DNA of 64,000 nt from Balanoglossus misakiensis (lineage: Eukaryota; Animalia; Hemichordata). Position 1 is the first letter of the stretch. The number at the start of each line of letters is the position of its first letter. The stretch lies in NCBI GenBank assembly GCA_040954595.2, contig CM082590.2, forward strand, positions 11,408,655 to 11,472,654. The letters are read 5' to 3'. Under the pieces are notes generated by a model. That model saw nothing but the letters and a program-made list of their open reading frames with translations, ran no database searches and was not told where the DNA came from. Of this stretch, positions 13,727 through 28,600 are shown one piece after another. The position numbers and the translations under genes were made by a program.

Positions 13727-16058
13727 AGCTCTGAAAAAAGGAGCCATTCTTCCGTGATAACTTCGTTTCCTTTAGTTTGTACGTAATGTTTTATGTTCTG
13801 ATGTATCCCTTAGGCTACTCTATTGCGAGAGGCAACGAGGAACCTCAGAAGCAAGCAAAAGTCTGTAACATGTTGCGACTACAAATTGAGGTGAAGATAT
13901 TTTTCTGGTTCCAGTAAACTCTTGAAGCCTCTAGCCTATAGCAGCCAAATGGCGCATTTTTTTCAGGATTTTTCTCCCAAACTTATAACATAAGCATATA
14001 TATAAGCTTACCGATATGTCTATATGAAAGTTTTATTTTATTATGATTTACGAAGCAGTTATTATTAAGCCCTTTGAACTTTGACCTCCATAATTAGTGT
14101 CATCTGAATAGATTATCTAGCTGCGCCTGAAGAAGCATGGTAGCTGTTGCTGTTGCGTGTTCGGAAGAGTTTCTGGCAGAAATATCTTTTCAGGTAATTA
14201 ATTTTTTAATTGGTTTTACTCGTTGTTATTCCCTTGTTCTTCTTGCCTGGTGCTAAATCATATAGGTGGTTTTTGCGCCGAAAATTGGCAGTTTTTGTCA
14301 TGCCGCGCCATGCCGCTAGGAGGAGTCGTGCGGTCCTCATTTCTCCACGTGGGCGTGGCACTCGCAGGGCTGTACGGCGATACAGAGCTAGCGCGGTCCG
14401 TATTTACGCTTGAAAGGCTGTACCTGAACGTATTAGTAGTGTATATAGTGTATGTCGCGAGTGTCCCCTATAAGAAAGTGCCAACAAAACCTTTCAACAA
14501 AAACGGGTACTACTGTACTTCCAGAAAAAACAACTGCCAGGCATGGCATAAGGTAAGGACGGAAGGAAGGGTGGTTGGCTGGTTGCTAGGTAACCGTCGT
14601 CGTCCATCTTGTCGGTCGGACAGTGGAAACTTCGCTGCACATATCTCGCTAGTGGACATGGACATTTTGAGCAGCTGTTTGTTTTTCTTGATATAGTATA
14701 ATAAATGCGCCTTACTTTAAGATACTGATAATGCTTTTAGCCTGTGAGTCTTGTTTTACTGTAACTTGTGTATACTTTTAGAACGGCGAGTCGCAGAAGT
14801 TGTACTACACACAGTAGTAGGTTAGTGCGCCACCACAGGCGAATCGCGCATTTCCTTTTGTCTGATCCGTCTGTTAATTTGTTATATATAGGGAAAGTAA
14901 CCAGCTCTGCAATGTAAACCACTTGTATACTACTGTTTATGCTCCAATATTGCTTCTAAATGTCTGCAAGTCTTACAACAACTATATAAACAAACAAGAT
15001 GTAATCCCTTTATAGGCATTCCCTGGCCTGACCATGCTAGGTTTGAAATGGAGAAGACAACAGTTAAATTGATCGATACTATGGTTATGTTGCTATGGGG
15101 ATGGAAAATCGGACATAAACATGTATTTTGGGTTTAAAAGTTTGGGAAAATATTTGTTAGACTGTAAAATGTGAATAAATTGTCCAATAATGTTTTCAAA
15201 TTTGCAGAACTTTCACAATATTGTATCCTTAGATTTTGGACTCACCATTGTGTTTGTTTTATATCAGCAAATATAAATAAATAAACAAGTAAACAATATA
15301 AGCAAATACTACTACAAAGATCACACGCAACAGCATGTGGGTATCCGTATTATTGGTATAGAGGTGATGGACACAAAAATTGTTCATTTCTAGATTTTAT
15401 ATCTCATACGAAAAATGTCGTACAGGTCTTTCCAAGAAAAGACAGTCCAGTAAAATTTACAATATTCTCATCTAGAAGACTAGATCGATATCTTCTATTT
15501 CAATGTTTATGCAATGATAAATCATGTGCATAAATTTACATACATGTATGAAAGTAATTCTCAATCATCTGGATTCTTAGAAATCATATATCTGCAAAAC
15601 ATCAAAGTTTAAATGAAATAAATTGTATCATAATTTCAAATTTTGGTTTAGTCAACAAAATTACATTAATTTTTGAATTCATGGAAATAATAGATTTAGC
15701 ACAGAAAGATATAAATGACAACAGTAAATAGAGATTCAATAAATATATATAAATTCAATAGAATTTCTCTGTTTATTAATAATTGAAAAATGATGGTAGC
15801 TTGAGTACAACAGGGAGAGTGGGGAATATGATTCTGTTGACAACCCTGGCACACATTCTCTGTTGTGTGTTAAGGATATTTGGCTTTGGCCACTGGAATA
15901 CGGATGGCTGAAATATTAATTGTTTATTATGGTACAAAATCAATGGCCAGTGGAATATTGATGGCTTTTTACAACAGTTGTCAAAGCTCATGTATACAAC
16001 AGTTAAATTCTAAACATAAATGATCACCATTTTATGATTGACTCACTAAGCTTAATCA

Positions 16059-17035
16059 TTAATCCTTTTTGGACGATCGACTCAATGAGCGTCTCAAAGA
16101 TCGCCGAAGGATGCTTGGGGAAAGCAACAAACCAGATTTTAAGAGAGTCTTCTTACTTGGACTTGTTGCTGCAGATGAACTTTGATTGGACTTGTCATGT
16201 GACTTGTCATGTGACTTATCATGTGCTAAACCTAAAGCCCGTAATGGTGTAGAAAATGAAGATCTTCTTTTATGAACTTTAACCTTAATACCGTCATTAT
16301 CAACTGAATGTGGTTTTATAGCATCTGATAGTGTACTAAAACTTCGACTTCTACATAACGCTGGTTTTTTGGTCTTGTCTGTTACGGCAAAGTCATCCTT
16401 TGACTTCAGACCTTCAACATCATTAGAGCACATGTGGGGTGTTGGGATCAGTGGATTGTCTGCAACTTCACATAAAATATCGCTTGGACTTAATGAATTT
16501 TTGTGAGTTTGTGCTTTGTGGTCATAGTTGACCCTAGCGGTCATATCGTGGTTGACCCTAGTGGTCATGGGGATGACATGGGGATATGGTTTTGTCATTT
16601 GACACAAATCATGAGAATTGCCTGTCATAACACATCGATTATTTTCATCTTGAATGTTTACGTTCACATCGCTATGGTTATCCTGTGTAGCAGTTTTTTG
16701 TTGCATTATCTCTATAGGATGTTCATTGGCTGATGTATTTGCATCTACCGAAGACAAGTGTTTCTCTTGATGAAATGCAAGGTTTTCATAAAATGGCATG
16801 AAATTCCTGTAGATGCTTCTTGCAAAATCATGTGAGTGGACAGTGACACTTTGTGTATATTCCATTGGTTTATTCTCTGGTGGCTTTGGTAACGGAGCAA
16901 ATTTCTTCATCAGAATCTGGCATTCCTTTTGCATTGCCTGAGACTTTGTGGATTTTGGTGGCATTACTGGTGGTCTTGATGATGTCATCAGTGACATTGA
17001 TGATGTCTTTGTTGGCATAGCATGATGCACAGTCT
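16059..17035 (-). CDS. Terminal exon of the pseudokinase gene: low-complexity Pro/Ser/basic tail
   Basis: cctgcag| acceptor in phase 1; long ORF with RPPVMPPK, APLPKPP, RSRSFS, RRSSFS and HDKS x3; stop at 16059. Confidence 0.8.
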
Positions 17036-19354
17036 CTGCAGGACCAAGTAACAAGAATGTTAGAGTCGTCTATATTAATGACTCAAAATATTGTCATTAC
17101 AACTTTGAAATTCAAGGGATTACAGTCCCAAGGAACTATATATCTGTATGGCATATAACACAATAGCAGGGGTAATATTGTGATTTTAAGCCTGTATGGG
17201 GGATGGTCATCTCTGGCTCATCATTACAAAGGAGAAATGCTAAATTACATACCTGGCATCAGTTGAGCAGGTGTGTCACTGTTATCAGGAAAATAAACTT
17301 GTCTGGGTACCTGATAATGAGGATCTTCAGAGTTGTCATGGTGATTCATACTTTTCCCTGTAACAAAACGATCCAAATCAACTGAATGTGAAATTAAGAT
17401 TCATGTAACTAAGTTTAATGGTAGGAGAACATACATGTACATACAGTTTGGCCATAAGGGCAACAGTATACACATATTGACTCGCCATAAGGGCAACAGC
17501 ATTATCTATCCGAGGAAACGACAGCTCACCCCAAACAGCCTGTTTTCTGAAGTTGCGGAAGATGGTAGTATATTTATGGCGCACCTTGTTTGAGATGTCG
17601 TCTTAACTTTAAACTTTGACTTCTTGTTAGTTTCCCTGGCAGTGGCATTGGTCGACTTGGCAACACATTATAATATGGTTGCCATGACAGCACATATGGA
17701 TCTTCATGGTTTCCATCTGTCTGTGCACAAATCCAGGATCGAGGCACTTTATATAAAAAAAAAATTGACAAAATACTTGAATGAAATATTTTGGAATAAA
17801 CATTAATCAGTGCAAATAAAAGAAACTATTCTGTGATGGATTTGGACCCAGATTTCCTGATATATTTAAGATATTCAATCAAGTCAGTGAATCGAGCAGC
17901 TGAAGTAGTAATTCTTACAACTGTTCATGGATCATAGATTTCTAAACCTGCCAAATTTGTTTGTGTGTTATTCATCCTTTTCATCTTACAAACCTATTCT
18001 TTCAATGTTGTATGTTAACACTATATAGTCATGAAATAGGGCCTTAACATCCAAGTAACTTTCAATGTAGCACGAGGATCAATTCTCCTGCTGGCCTGTG
18101 TTAGTGGAGAAAGTGGCATATCAATTGTGTTGAGGGTGTAAAGAGTTGAGTCCAATTTCTCTGCTCGATAGTGGGACGGGGATCAATCAGAAGTATAGAA
18201 TCATTATTATTATAATAAACAATTAAAAGACAAACCTTCAGGGTGATTTCCCCTTGCGGTCTTCTCTGTTTTCTCAGTACAGTCCTTTTCTTTGTTGTTT
18301 TCTAGAGTATGTTCAGTGTCAATTTGTCTAACAGACCTAAGGGAGGTTAACTCTGGTGAACTTTCCATCTTGACCATGGCCTTCATTGGTGTTACAGCCT
18401 TTATCCTTTCTCTGGATACTCCTAATACATAATGAAATAAAAAACCATTGCCAAAAACCATTGCCAAAAAACTACTGTACCACTGGGGTAGAAAATAGAC
18501 TGACCAGTGTTCCTTTCAACCCTTTCACCCCTGTTTTCCAGTGTAAAGGTCCAGCAGTGCTAATGAAATCAACGGGGTTGGATGAAATGACTGAAGATAT
18601 GGGGCACAAAACATGAAATTTTCTGCGAGAGTAATATACTGCACAACCAGCCTGAAAATAAGCTTTGGCAGGAACACTGTGACTGATCATAGATTATGTA
18701 TAATGAGGAAGATATATCTCTATTTCAAAATCCATATCACTGGATATAAAGTTGTTTATTGGGTTAAATTCTTACCTCTTTTTGGCACAAGATAGCCATC
18801 AGCATCAGTGGTTTCAGACTGTATATCAGACACAGGTTTAGAGTGTAAATCTGAGTTCGATTTAAGCTGCATTTTGGATTTAAAAGTGAGATGAAATTGG
18901 TAAATGAGAAAATGTGTGGTAACCTTGTAGCAATGTAAATAACTTATCGCTCTGGGGAAAGCAAATATTTACAATTCTATCAGATTGTCTCTGAACCAAA
19001 GAGGCGCTGCATTTAAATTGTATTTGTTAAAAACTGATCTTTAGCCGTCTATTAAGAGGGAAAGAAATTCTTGTCGAAATTATGTCATACCTTATGATGA
19101 TGGTGATGAGGATGATGATGAATTGTTTCTACATAGTTGCTTGGCAACACACCAAGTCGTCCATTGATTTCTCCTTTCCACCAACCAGGACCGTATTTCT
19201 CTCTAATGACAATGATGTCACCAGCCTTCACAGTCAATTCATCGACATCTTTTCCATTGTAATCATACAAAACTCGGGCTGCAACACAATGCTTGTACTC
19301 ATAAGTTCATGACTTTTATCATATTTATTGTTTTTTGTCTTCCGGTGAATTTTC

Positions 19355-19388
<34 letters not shown>

Positions 19389-22300
19389 CAGATTAACCTA
19401 CCTTCTGGCCAGGGCGATGGTGGAGATATTTGGTCAGAACTTGTTCGTGTTGTGAGATACTCTGCAGGAATAGTCTCATAGATCGGGTCTGCTCGTCTGT
19501 ATCCATGGCTACCAACAGGAGGTTCTGGTAATGGCCGCTGAGCGTAGTGAGATTGACTCTGAAATATGAGAGTCTGATGAACACGCTTGTCATGTGATCA
19601 CATTGTGGGCATGTGATTGGATTACTGCAAAGGTCAAGACTTGTTGCTGTTTGTGAAATTCTTTCAAAAAAGTAGACCACTCCCAGTACTATGATTATTT
19701 AAAAAAATACTTATTCTAAACGGCAGTGTTCTTGTGTGAAATGTACTGGCTGTGTAGACTTCAAATTGTGTGACATTTGGCAAACATTTCGAACCTGAAA
19801 GTTCATTAGTTTGCTGCACAATAACTTATAATGATTACAACTATTTCAGAAAGCTTAATTATTTCAAGCCTAGAAGAACCCACTTCAACAAGTCAACAGT
19901 GTATGTCGTATGAAAGAGACCTAAAATGTAGATCTGATACTTACTGCATGGCTTTGATTTCCCCCTGTGTAATGGTACCTGCCAAAAATATGTAGCATTT
20001 TAATAACATTGCATCATAATGACATAAAAATTAGTTTTAACTTAATTACAAGTTGATAAGTAGATCACCTGTTAGTTATTGGTTAAACCAAATATTGTTG
20101 TAAACCAGTTGTCACACTCCTGGCACGCTGGGAGTATGAGATCAAATCGATCCCACACTCTCACTGAATCGAAAACTCTTATGACGCGAGCGCTGATTGG
20201 GTGACAAAGTGTTCTTTTGCAAACACGCACTAAATATTATCCAATGGCGCGATGTGTATTATAGGGACAGGGACTACAACATGTCAGACGACAGTTCCAG
20301 AGTCATTTATTCAATGTTTTTAACGAATTTGGCTAATTTGTGACAGTGTGAGAAATAGAATCTCACTCACCAAGGACCTGGGATCATATTTCTCACACTC
20401 GTCGGGGATTTTTTTGTTCCACACTCGCCTGCGGCTCGTGTGGGACGAAAAATCCCTAACTCATGTGAGAAATACGATCCCAGGTCCTTGGTGTGTGAGA
20501 TTCTATTATTCTGTTTTCATTTCTAGTTTCAATTAGTTAGATTCCTGCCCTACAATATAAGATTGAAGAAATGTTTATAGGGACAAAGTCTCTCTCTCGC
20601 TGCCTTTTTTCCATTAATTATGTTTGATACAAGACACCATTTATGTTATTCTACATGTGGATATATAGTGAATCAACGTTTGACCACTCACAACTCCCAT
20701 CCCGTTTGTGGAATATGAGAGTAAAGATCTCGGCCAAAATGAATAAACGGTAGGGACCGATTATTCATTTTGGCGATAGCCATAAGCAACATTTTGTAAT
20801 TCAGAGTTTTGTTGTTTTATTTTTTCAGTGCTGTGCAGTGACAGTTATTCAACTTACGTGACACGCTCTCCTTGGGTTATTTCTTTCAAGATGGTTGCCA
20901 CATCGGGTCGTTGCTGCGGTGACAGTGACCAGCATTTGGTTATAATCGAATATAACCATCTTGGGCACCCTGGTGGCCGTAGTGGCAATTTCCTTTGTTT
21001 ATGACAGTCTATGATCTGAGCAGGAGAGCAGTCAGAAAAGTGAACAACAACAACAACAACAACAAAACAATGCAAGACAAGGCAACAATTCATAGATGTA
21101 GAAATGACAAATTCATCTTATTTTGTCAATTCTTGTGTAGTTTTCTGTTTTTGATGGTTTAATTTCTAACCTTAGATTCTTCTATACTGCAGTAGGGCAC
21201 AAGTCTCAATGGTGTTGTGTCTTTTGGAGCACTATGGTTCAAGTAGAGTTCCCAAAGTACATGACCCAAACTAAAGACATCACTCGATTTAGAATATGCT
21301 CCAGATATTTGTACTTCAGGGGCAGACCTTTAAAAACACAAAACAGCAAAATTCATTTCAGTAATAATGAATTCAGTAAGACAAATAATGTTTGTCTTTT
21401 GAGCAACTGCACTGAATTGAAAATGATGGCTTTACAAATATAGTAAGGTGATCTAATGCAGTGCATATCTCAGGGCAAGACTTCACTCAACAAACACTTG
21501 TGGTATCATCATCGCAGATTAAACCAATCTGATTAAAATCAGATGTAGGGTACAGCGATGTCTTTAATACTTTACGTGGTACGGTATTCTCTTATGCTGT
21601 CGTTGCCTCACATTAGCATATGAATACTGTGCAGCACAAGTAAAAGACGTCGCTGTACCCTATATATGATTTTAATCAGAATGAGATAAAACTTACCATC
21701 TTATGGAATCAGTTTCTGCTGTACAAAAATGAGTCAAACATTCTTGGGGTAGCTTCTTCACTCTTGAAAGGCGGCCGATTTTTGCCTGAAAATAAATACA
21801 GAACAACCTTTTGACTGACTGCCTGGTCACTCTGTCTCAAAGGGTTATTCAAAAACCTGTGTAACAAAATATCACCCGAGTCTATTGGTCTAATCATAAT
21901 GCAAAATGAGACACAAACCACGGTGTGTTCTTACCTGAGGACGGCCATTTTCATTTCTGTAGACGTAACAGTGACACAGTCGTAGATCTCGGTGTACATA
22001 ACCATTCTGGTGAAGTTCATATAAACCACGAGTAATTTCCACTGCAAAATGTTGCAACTCATCGTTGTTGATACACTGCTTGGATAACACATAACACGCC
22101 AAATCGCCCTCATCTGGAAACTCGGATATCTTTAATAGAGGTACATAATGCAGAACTTGTTAGAAAATTCAAAATCATTTCAAGAAACATACAATTTTCA
22201 TGATTATTTCAATCTTACTTTCACTTAGTTTTCTCATATATTTCAGCTGTCACAAAATTATCTCCATATTTTTAATCGTCAAAAACGTTTTACACATATA

Positions 22301-22620
22301 AATATAGTGAAATTCCATTCAAAGCTTACCAAGTACTGTCGTCCAAATATGAGCCCCTGGGGCTTACTGATATATGTACAACAACTCAGGCTTGGAATGA
22401 CGTTGCTAAGAAACCAGTCTCCAAGACCATCTGGCAATTTCTCCATCAAGCAATTCAGCTGGGAGAAGAGAAGACAATCAACTAATGAACTGATTATTTC
22501 AATTTATGACTGATTTATCCACCAACTTGCAGACTAGGTACAAAATAGAATAGCAATTAAGGTACATGTATAGATTAAATTGGATAGCAAATATGGAGAA
22601 AGACAAGATATATATGGGGG

Positions 22621-22655
<35 letters not shown>

Positions 22656-25600
22656 AAATAGTGTCTCAAATGTTTCTGTGTGTGAACCTGGTAATAGTAT
22701 GCATGATTTCAAATGATTTACAAGGCAATACAGCAATAACATGTCAACTTGGTTAATTTCATAACAACTCGTTCTTTTGATTCATACCAAAGTTACTCAT
22801 TTTCAATTTACTGATTGCATTGATTATCAATTTTATTTATTGACCAAATACTTTTAACAACCAGACTGATTTCATAACTAACTTACAGATTGGTGTGTTG
22901 GATTTTCAGAAATCTGTGAATGCATTGTGGGTTGGTCATCAGCTTTGACAGATTCTTCTGAACATAACACAGGTCGATCATTGCATACCTGGAAGTCACA
23001 TGACATCAACTGTTTGTGATCAACAGAACATTTAACCCTACACTACCAGGGTATGGTACCTGCTGCAGTGCCAAGTCATTTAAAATACGTATGGCCACTG
23101 GACGTACTTTGACTGAGTTTGATATCATTTGTTTCTTTGCCATGACCATGGCTTGAATTGTCTGTGTTCAATGTTTATGACCATCTTGGGGGGCCTGATA
23201 AAATTACCAGAGGTTTTGACTCAAAATATTTGATATTACATGGTTTGATATCACTAATTGAGATTCTCCATCAGGTCAGGGTATACTTGGATTTTAGGGT
23301 GTATGAAAATGGCACCATTTGCTACTGACTAGGGACTTTAATGTTAACATATGGTAGAAAACTAGGAGTGCAGATCTGCTTTGAGTTTTTCAACACTAAC
23401 ACTTAAACAAACAAATTGTTGACCTTACCACAAGATCAATATCTGCATCCTCATAAACAGATTTGTGTTGACCAGAACTAAGCAGAAGATCTGGTGGTGG
23501 GTGAGATATCTGTAAAATAAAATGAAAAGGAAGATTTGTGGAATAAAGTTTTTGTCATGATGTATTAAGAGGTAGAAACTAGTCGATGTCTTGGAATATT
23601 AATGTGAAGAAATCAAGTATAATTATATGTACAAGCTCTTGCAGTTGGATATATATGACTGGCAATTAATGCTTTGTTAGAAAGCCCTTTCATCACCATT
23701 GTTCAGTCCAAATACATTGTTTTCTAGGAATGGTTTGACGTCTAAAGAGTGATTTGGGTGTGAAAGGGTTAAACACTTCCTTCAGTGTTCTCTTAATTTT
23801 TGAATCCAGTGAGACATTGACAGCAGAATGAAGATGAAGTCATTTAAACAATCACGGCTACTCCATATGGTCCATGAAACACTATATCAACAACTCTCTT
23901 TCCCCAAAATCAATACAGAAGATTTAAAATATTGATTTAGATTTGCTTACTGGTCTTTGTCCATGTTGTTTCCATTCAAGAGATGTTTCCTTCTCAAACA
24001 ACTTTCCCATCTTTGTTGTTTCATCCACGTCTTTTTTACAGTACACATATTCATCCTCATCCTCATTGGTTTTATTGCCATGACGACGTACTTTGATTAT
24101 CGGTACGTGGGATGAGAATGACTGCCCAGATGCATCTGTAAGAATGAATTTGAGTTGAACAAACTGAGATGTCTAACTTTTGGCTATTTTTCAGTATTCC
24201 CTTATTTATCACTCCTGGTTTCTTGTTCTACTGTGGGTAGCTTTATGAACTATGAAATGTTCAAATTTTAGCATCTCAACACAGCCTGTATTGGTTTTGT
24301 TGACAAATGAATTCAAGTCTGGATTTGAATCCAATTTTCAATGACAACCATGCTGATCACCACAAACACACTCACTTGTGTGATAACTGTGCTACAAAAG
24401 GGAATTGTGTTGAAAAACTACCAACCTGCAATGGTTTGTTTAGTAACATCATTAAGTTTCTTAATGATGACATCATAGCTGGGTCGCTTGGTGGGGTCAT
24501 TATCCATGCATTGCATCATCAAGGTGTATAAGTTGTCATGGATACAGTCAGGTTTCTTGAAACGTAAATGATGATGTACGATCTATAAAGGCAAGTAACA
24601 AGATAAATGTTGATCATATAAAAATGCATTCTTTTCAAATATGGGTAGAGATAGTTTGATAGAAAAGCAAAGAACTCACTTTAAAGGTGATATCTTGGAC
24701 AGTGAGCTGCTGATAATCCTGGTAAGGTCGGCATCCGAGTGTAAATATTTCATAACACAGAACTGAAAACATCCAGACATCGGATTTCACAGAGTATCGT
24801 TGATAAACTAATGATTCTGCGGCCGACCATAACAGTGCTACTGACTCATCAAGACGTCCTGTAAAAATCAGAAAAGTGGTGAGAAAGGACAGCACCCCCC
24901 AACAACAGATAACTACATGTTGATTGCCTGCAGTTCTGTTATGAAAAATAAAGACTGCATGAACATGTTACATTTAACCAAATTATTTTAAACGCTGGCC
25001 TTGTGTCATCTAATTTGTGTCCTACCACATTTTGAAAGAAAATGTTTTTTTAAAATCACCTGTGTTATCTGTGATTCACTATTTGAATTGTACCAAACAA
25101 TTACAAAACCATTGCTTTAAAAATAAAAACATTGTTTGCTCTGCCGTAAAGTGGATTCCCCAATAAATGCCACAATGCATATATTAATCATATTACCCAT
25201 CATACCTGTATGATCATTGCTGTCTTCTTTCAGCTTCACAGCAAAATCAAATCCGCCAAGAAGGATATGTATCTCTCCACTGTCATTTGATACAAATACT
25301 TTCCTTGCCATAATGTTTCGATGAACAAGACGTCTCTCTTCTAAATATTCCAGTGCTCCGGCAACATCAGTGGCTATTTTCAGCAACAGTTGCTGTGGTA
25401 ACAGGATGTTACGGTTCCGATTGGTTCTGAGATATCTTAGCAGTGATCCATGTGATGCAAATGTAGTGATGTAATGCACAGGGCAGGCTGAATTCCAGTA
25501 CGCCAACATTGGTAAAATGTTACCATGTTGTACATCTCGTAGTATGTGGATTTCATTACTGATTTCTGTAAACAGAAAATTTGTGAGTTGCCAACATGAA

Positions 25601-28600
25601 TATTTTGTCTCAAAACAAACACATTAGACTTGGGACTGGCACAATCGACTTTGGCCATCATGGAAAGAGACTTACTTCGTATGGACGGTGTGTCAGTCAT
25701 GTTGAGTTCTTCTACAGTGTGTATGGCACACACTTTTATAGTCACACTTTGCTTTGCTCCAACTACTGTGCCTTTATAAACCACAGAAAGCTCCCCTTCA
25801 TGGATGACATCATTTAGTTCCAGACCAATATTGCGATGAATATTGCTAAGATGTTTTCTGTTGATTGCATCTCTGCGAAAAATAAAATAAAAGAAACATT
25901 ATCACCGAAAAGACAGAATGACGGTCAAATATTTGCAAACAACATTTACAAAGAGATGTATTAATGAATGAATTCATTGTTAAAGTGATGGACTTAAATT
26001 GAAATACCTTAAGAGAACCGCATTGAAGAGGCCATCTTTCATAAGCAAGAGATTTCCACAATGAAAAGAGATAACATCGATATCAGAGTACACCAATGGA
26101 TGACAGAGTTCACTGATGAGACAAATCCCTCGGATGTAACCATTCACCCTTTTAATGGCCGTGTTGGTGAAAAATGATGCAAGACTAAACACTTCCTCTG
26201 ATTGGACAACTGAACAGATTCTTAATTCTAAGAGAGAAATGATCAAAGAATACATTAATTCAATGTTATACCCAAGCTTCGATGTATTTCAAACAACGTG
26301 CTAATAAGAATGATATGTAAGACTCAAAGTTAGAATTTCAGTATGACACTGTAGGCATGTGTACCATATTTGCTGCAGCTCCTATGATTTGAAAGAAAGG
26401 ACCAGTTCAGATAAACTCAAGTGCCTCAAAGGGGGACCATCTTACAGAACTTTTTCTAATAGCCTAACACTTCATTGGAGTAAACTACACATGTTGAGAA
26501 AACGTCATGGCGTGAGATATTGACAGCCATATACAAAACGAAAAGACCACAATTCATGCAGCCATCTTCTTAAATGTCAAATCAGAATTCATACTCCCCT
26601 AAACTGGTTATTGGTACCAGGTAATTGTTGTAGAGACATAAATCAACATTACTATGACAATGCCTAGACACACTATAAACACAATTTAATATTACCTCTT
26701 GAGATATTGTCATCACTGGCGATTCTGAGCAAAAGGCAAGCAGCACAATGCAAAAAGACCCAGTCTTTTTTCTTTTCCCGTATGCTACCAGACCTCCAGG
26801 GTCGCTTTCCAATCATCTCATTCACTTTCTGTTGTAACAGTTTTTGCAGCATTTGTAATATTCGATATTGCACATATGCGTTTCCACGGTGATATTTCAT
26901 CTGGAAAAGAAGTGATTAGTCAACATTACATACTAACAGAATGTGGTGAACAGAAATTTGCCATTTTGTAAAAAGTGTGAAAATCTTGCTAGTGATGTAC
27001 CACTTTATGTTGCAGTGTAAGATGTAAAAATCTAAACTTGTTTGTCATGCAGTATAGACTGCTCTGGCTTTCAGCATTATCATGATGTCATCCTATGAGA
27101 TAGAGCGTCGCTCTTGTCACCTCTATAATTATCGAGAAGGGGGGGTTTCTTTCCCACCCAAAACCTTTTTTTTTTTTTTTGCATTGCATTAAAATTCTGC
27201 GCCTTAAATTACCAAATGATGTCATGGAACTCTTACCTTGACAGTGAAATACATAAGGAATAGTGTTATCCCATATGATGTATGGCCATCAACAGCATTC
27301 AATAATTCCCTGTAGGGATCACGTTTTGTCTTTGGTGACATTGTAGAGATCTCATCCAAACTTTGAAGTGATTTACCCAAATTGTCACTGCAGCGTTTAA
27401 ATTTTCCCTTGGGATATCGAACAACATTCAGACTTTGACTGGTGAATCCGACGGCCACTTCCAGTTCAGGATCATTCTTGGATTTTATCATGTCTTGTAA
27501 TAATTTATAAATAGAATCAAAACTGCGGACATCGAATGTGCTAGGGTATGTGGTGAAGGTTCCTTTGGAATAATGTAAAATGAGGAAACATAACAGGTGA
27601 CCATAGACTCGGATTCGTTGCAGTTGATCATCAAATGATTCTGATGCCATGAACTCAGATTTCATGGTCTGTCGAAGTTGAAATTCACAGTTTTGGAGTC
27701 CTCTTGCTGATTCAGTTGTCAAGGGATCACAAAGGGTGATTGTGTTCAAAGCTTGTAAGGCACGAGTCATCACAATACAACATTCCTTGTAACAACTTAA
27801 TGTGGTCAAAATCTGGCGAGACTTTTCGTAATTCAATGCTGATTCTAGTGCTGGTCTGACAACATTCTGTGGGATTATTTCTTCACATAAATGAAGTACA
27901 ACACTATTTCGAAGTGTTCCACTCGTAGACGACAAGCACTGCAGATAACCTTCCAAGTTTTCATTGAAGAAATGCAACCATCGACGTTTATCAAATCCTG
28001 GAACAAAATATAAAGTAGACTACAGTTGTTGGTCTGTCAACAAGCAGGCACATGGATGGATGGATAGCTAGATAGATCTTTATTGAGAAGAAAAGAAGAA
28101 ATATGAATGCAAACCTCCAACTTAGCACCTTTTTCTGAATATCGGGTAATCCAAGTGGTGATATTAGTAAAATACGAAATAAGCAATAAAGTGGAAATAT
28201 GTAGATTGCTCAGATTAATTCTCCAATTCATCAGAAAAAACATTGATGTCTTACGTTCGCTTGATGAAACAGTTAAATCTTGTTTAGATGACAACAATTC
28301 CTTGTCTTTACGCAATCTCGGAATCCGATAATAAACTGTAAAAGAGAAACATTCAGTCATTAATTATTTGATATCAAATTAATTAGGATTCTTTGTATGT
28401 TTACTTGTAAAGAATCTTTCAAGTCTAATTAAATATCCTTAAAATTGATAACATTTATCATTTACAACGAGCATCAAATTGTTTCTTTTTGGAGGGTTAA
28501 ATTGTACAAAATGGACAAGCATGCATTTTTACACAGTCACAAATTGGATGTCAAGAAAGGAAAGTTGAAACCATAGACTTAAATTGACATAGAGAATGGT

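Noticed and set aside
14210-14696. GC-richer ORFs of 67 and 157 aa between hh and the pseudokinase gene
   Set aside because: No recognisable domain or convincing splice structure; probably a transposon remnant that I cannot classify.
19393-19680. 95-aa minus-strand ORF in the supplied track
   Set aside because: Wrong frame; the phase-consistent exon 19402-19558 reads SQSHYAQRPLPEPP... instead.
23050-23194. Possible exon after ttttatcag within the pseudokinase gene
   Set aside because: Stops in all frames; the neighbouring exons join in phase without it.
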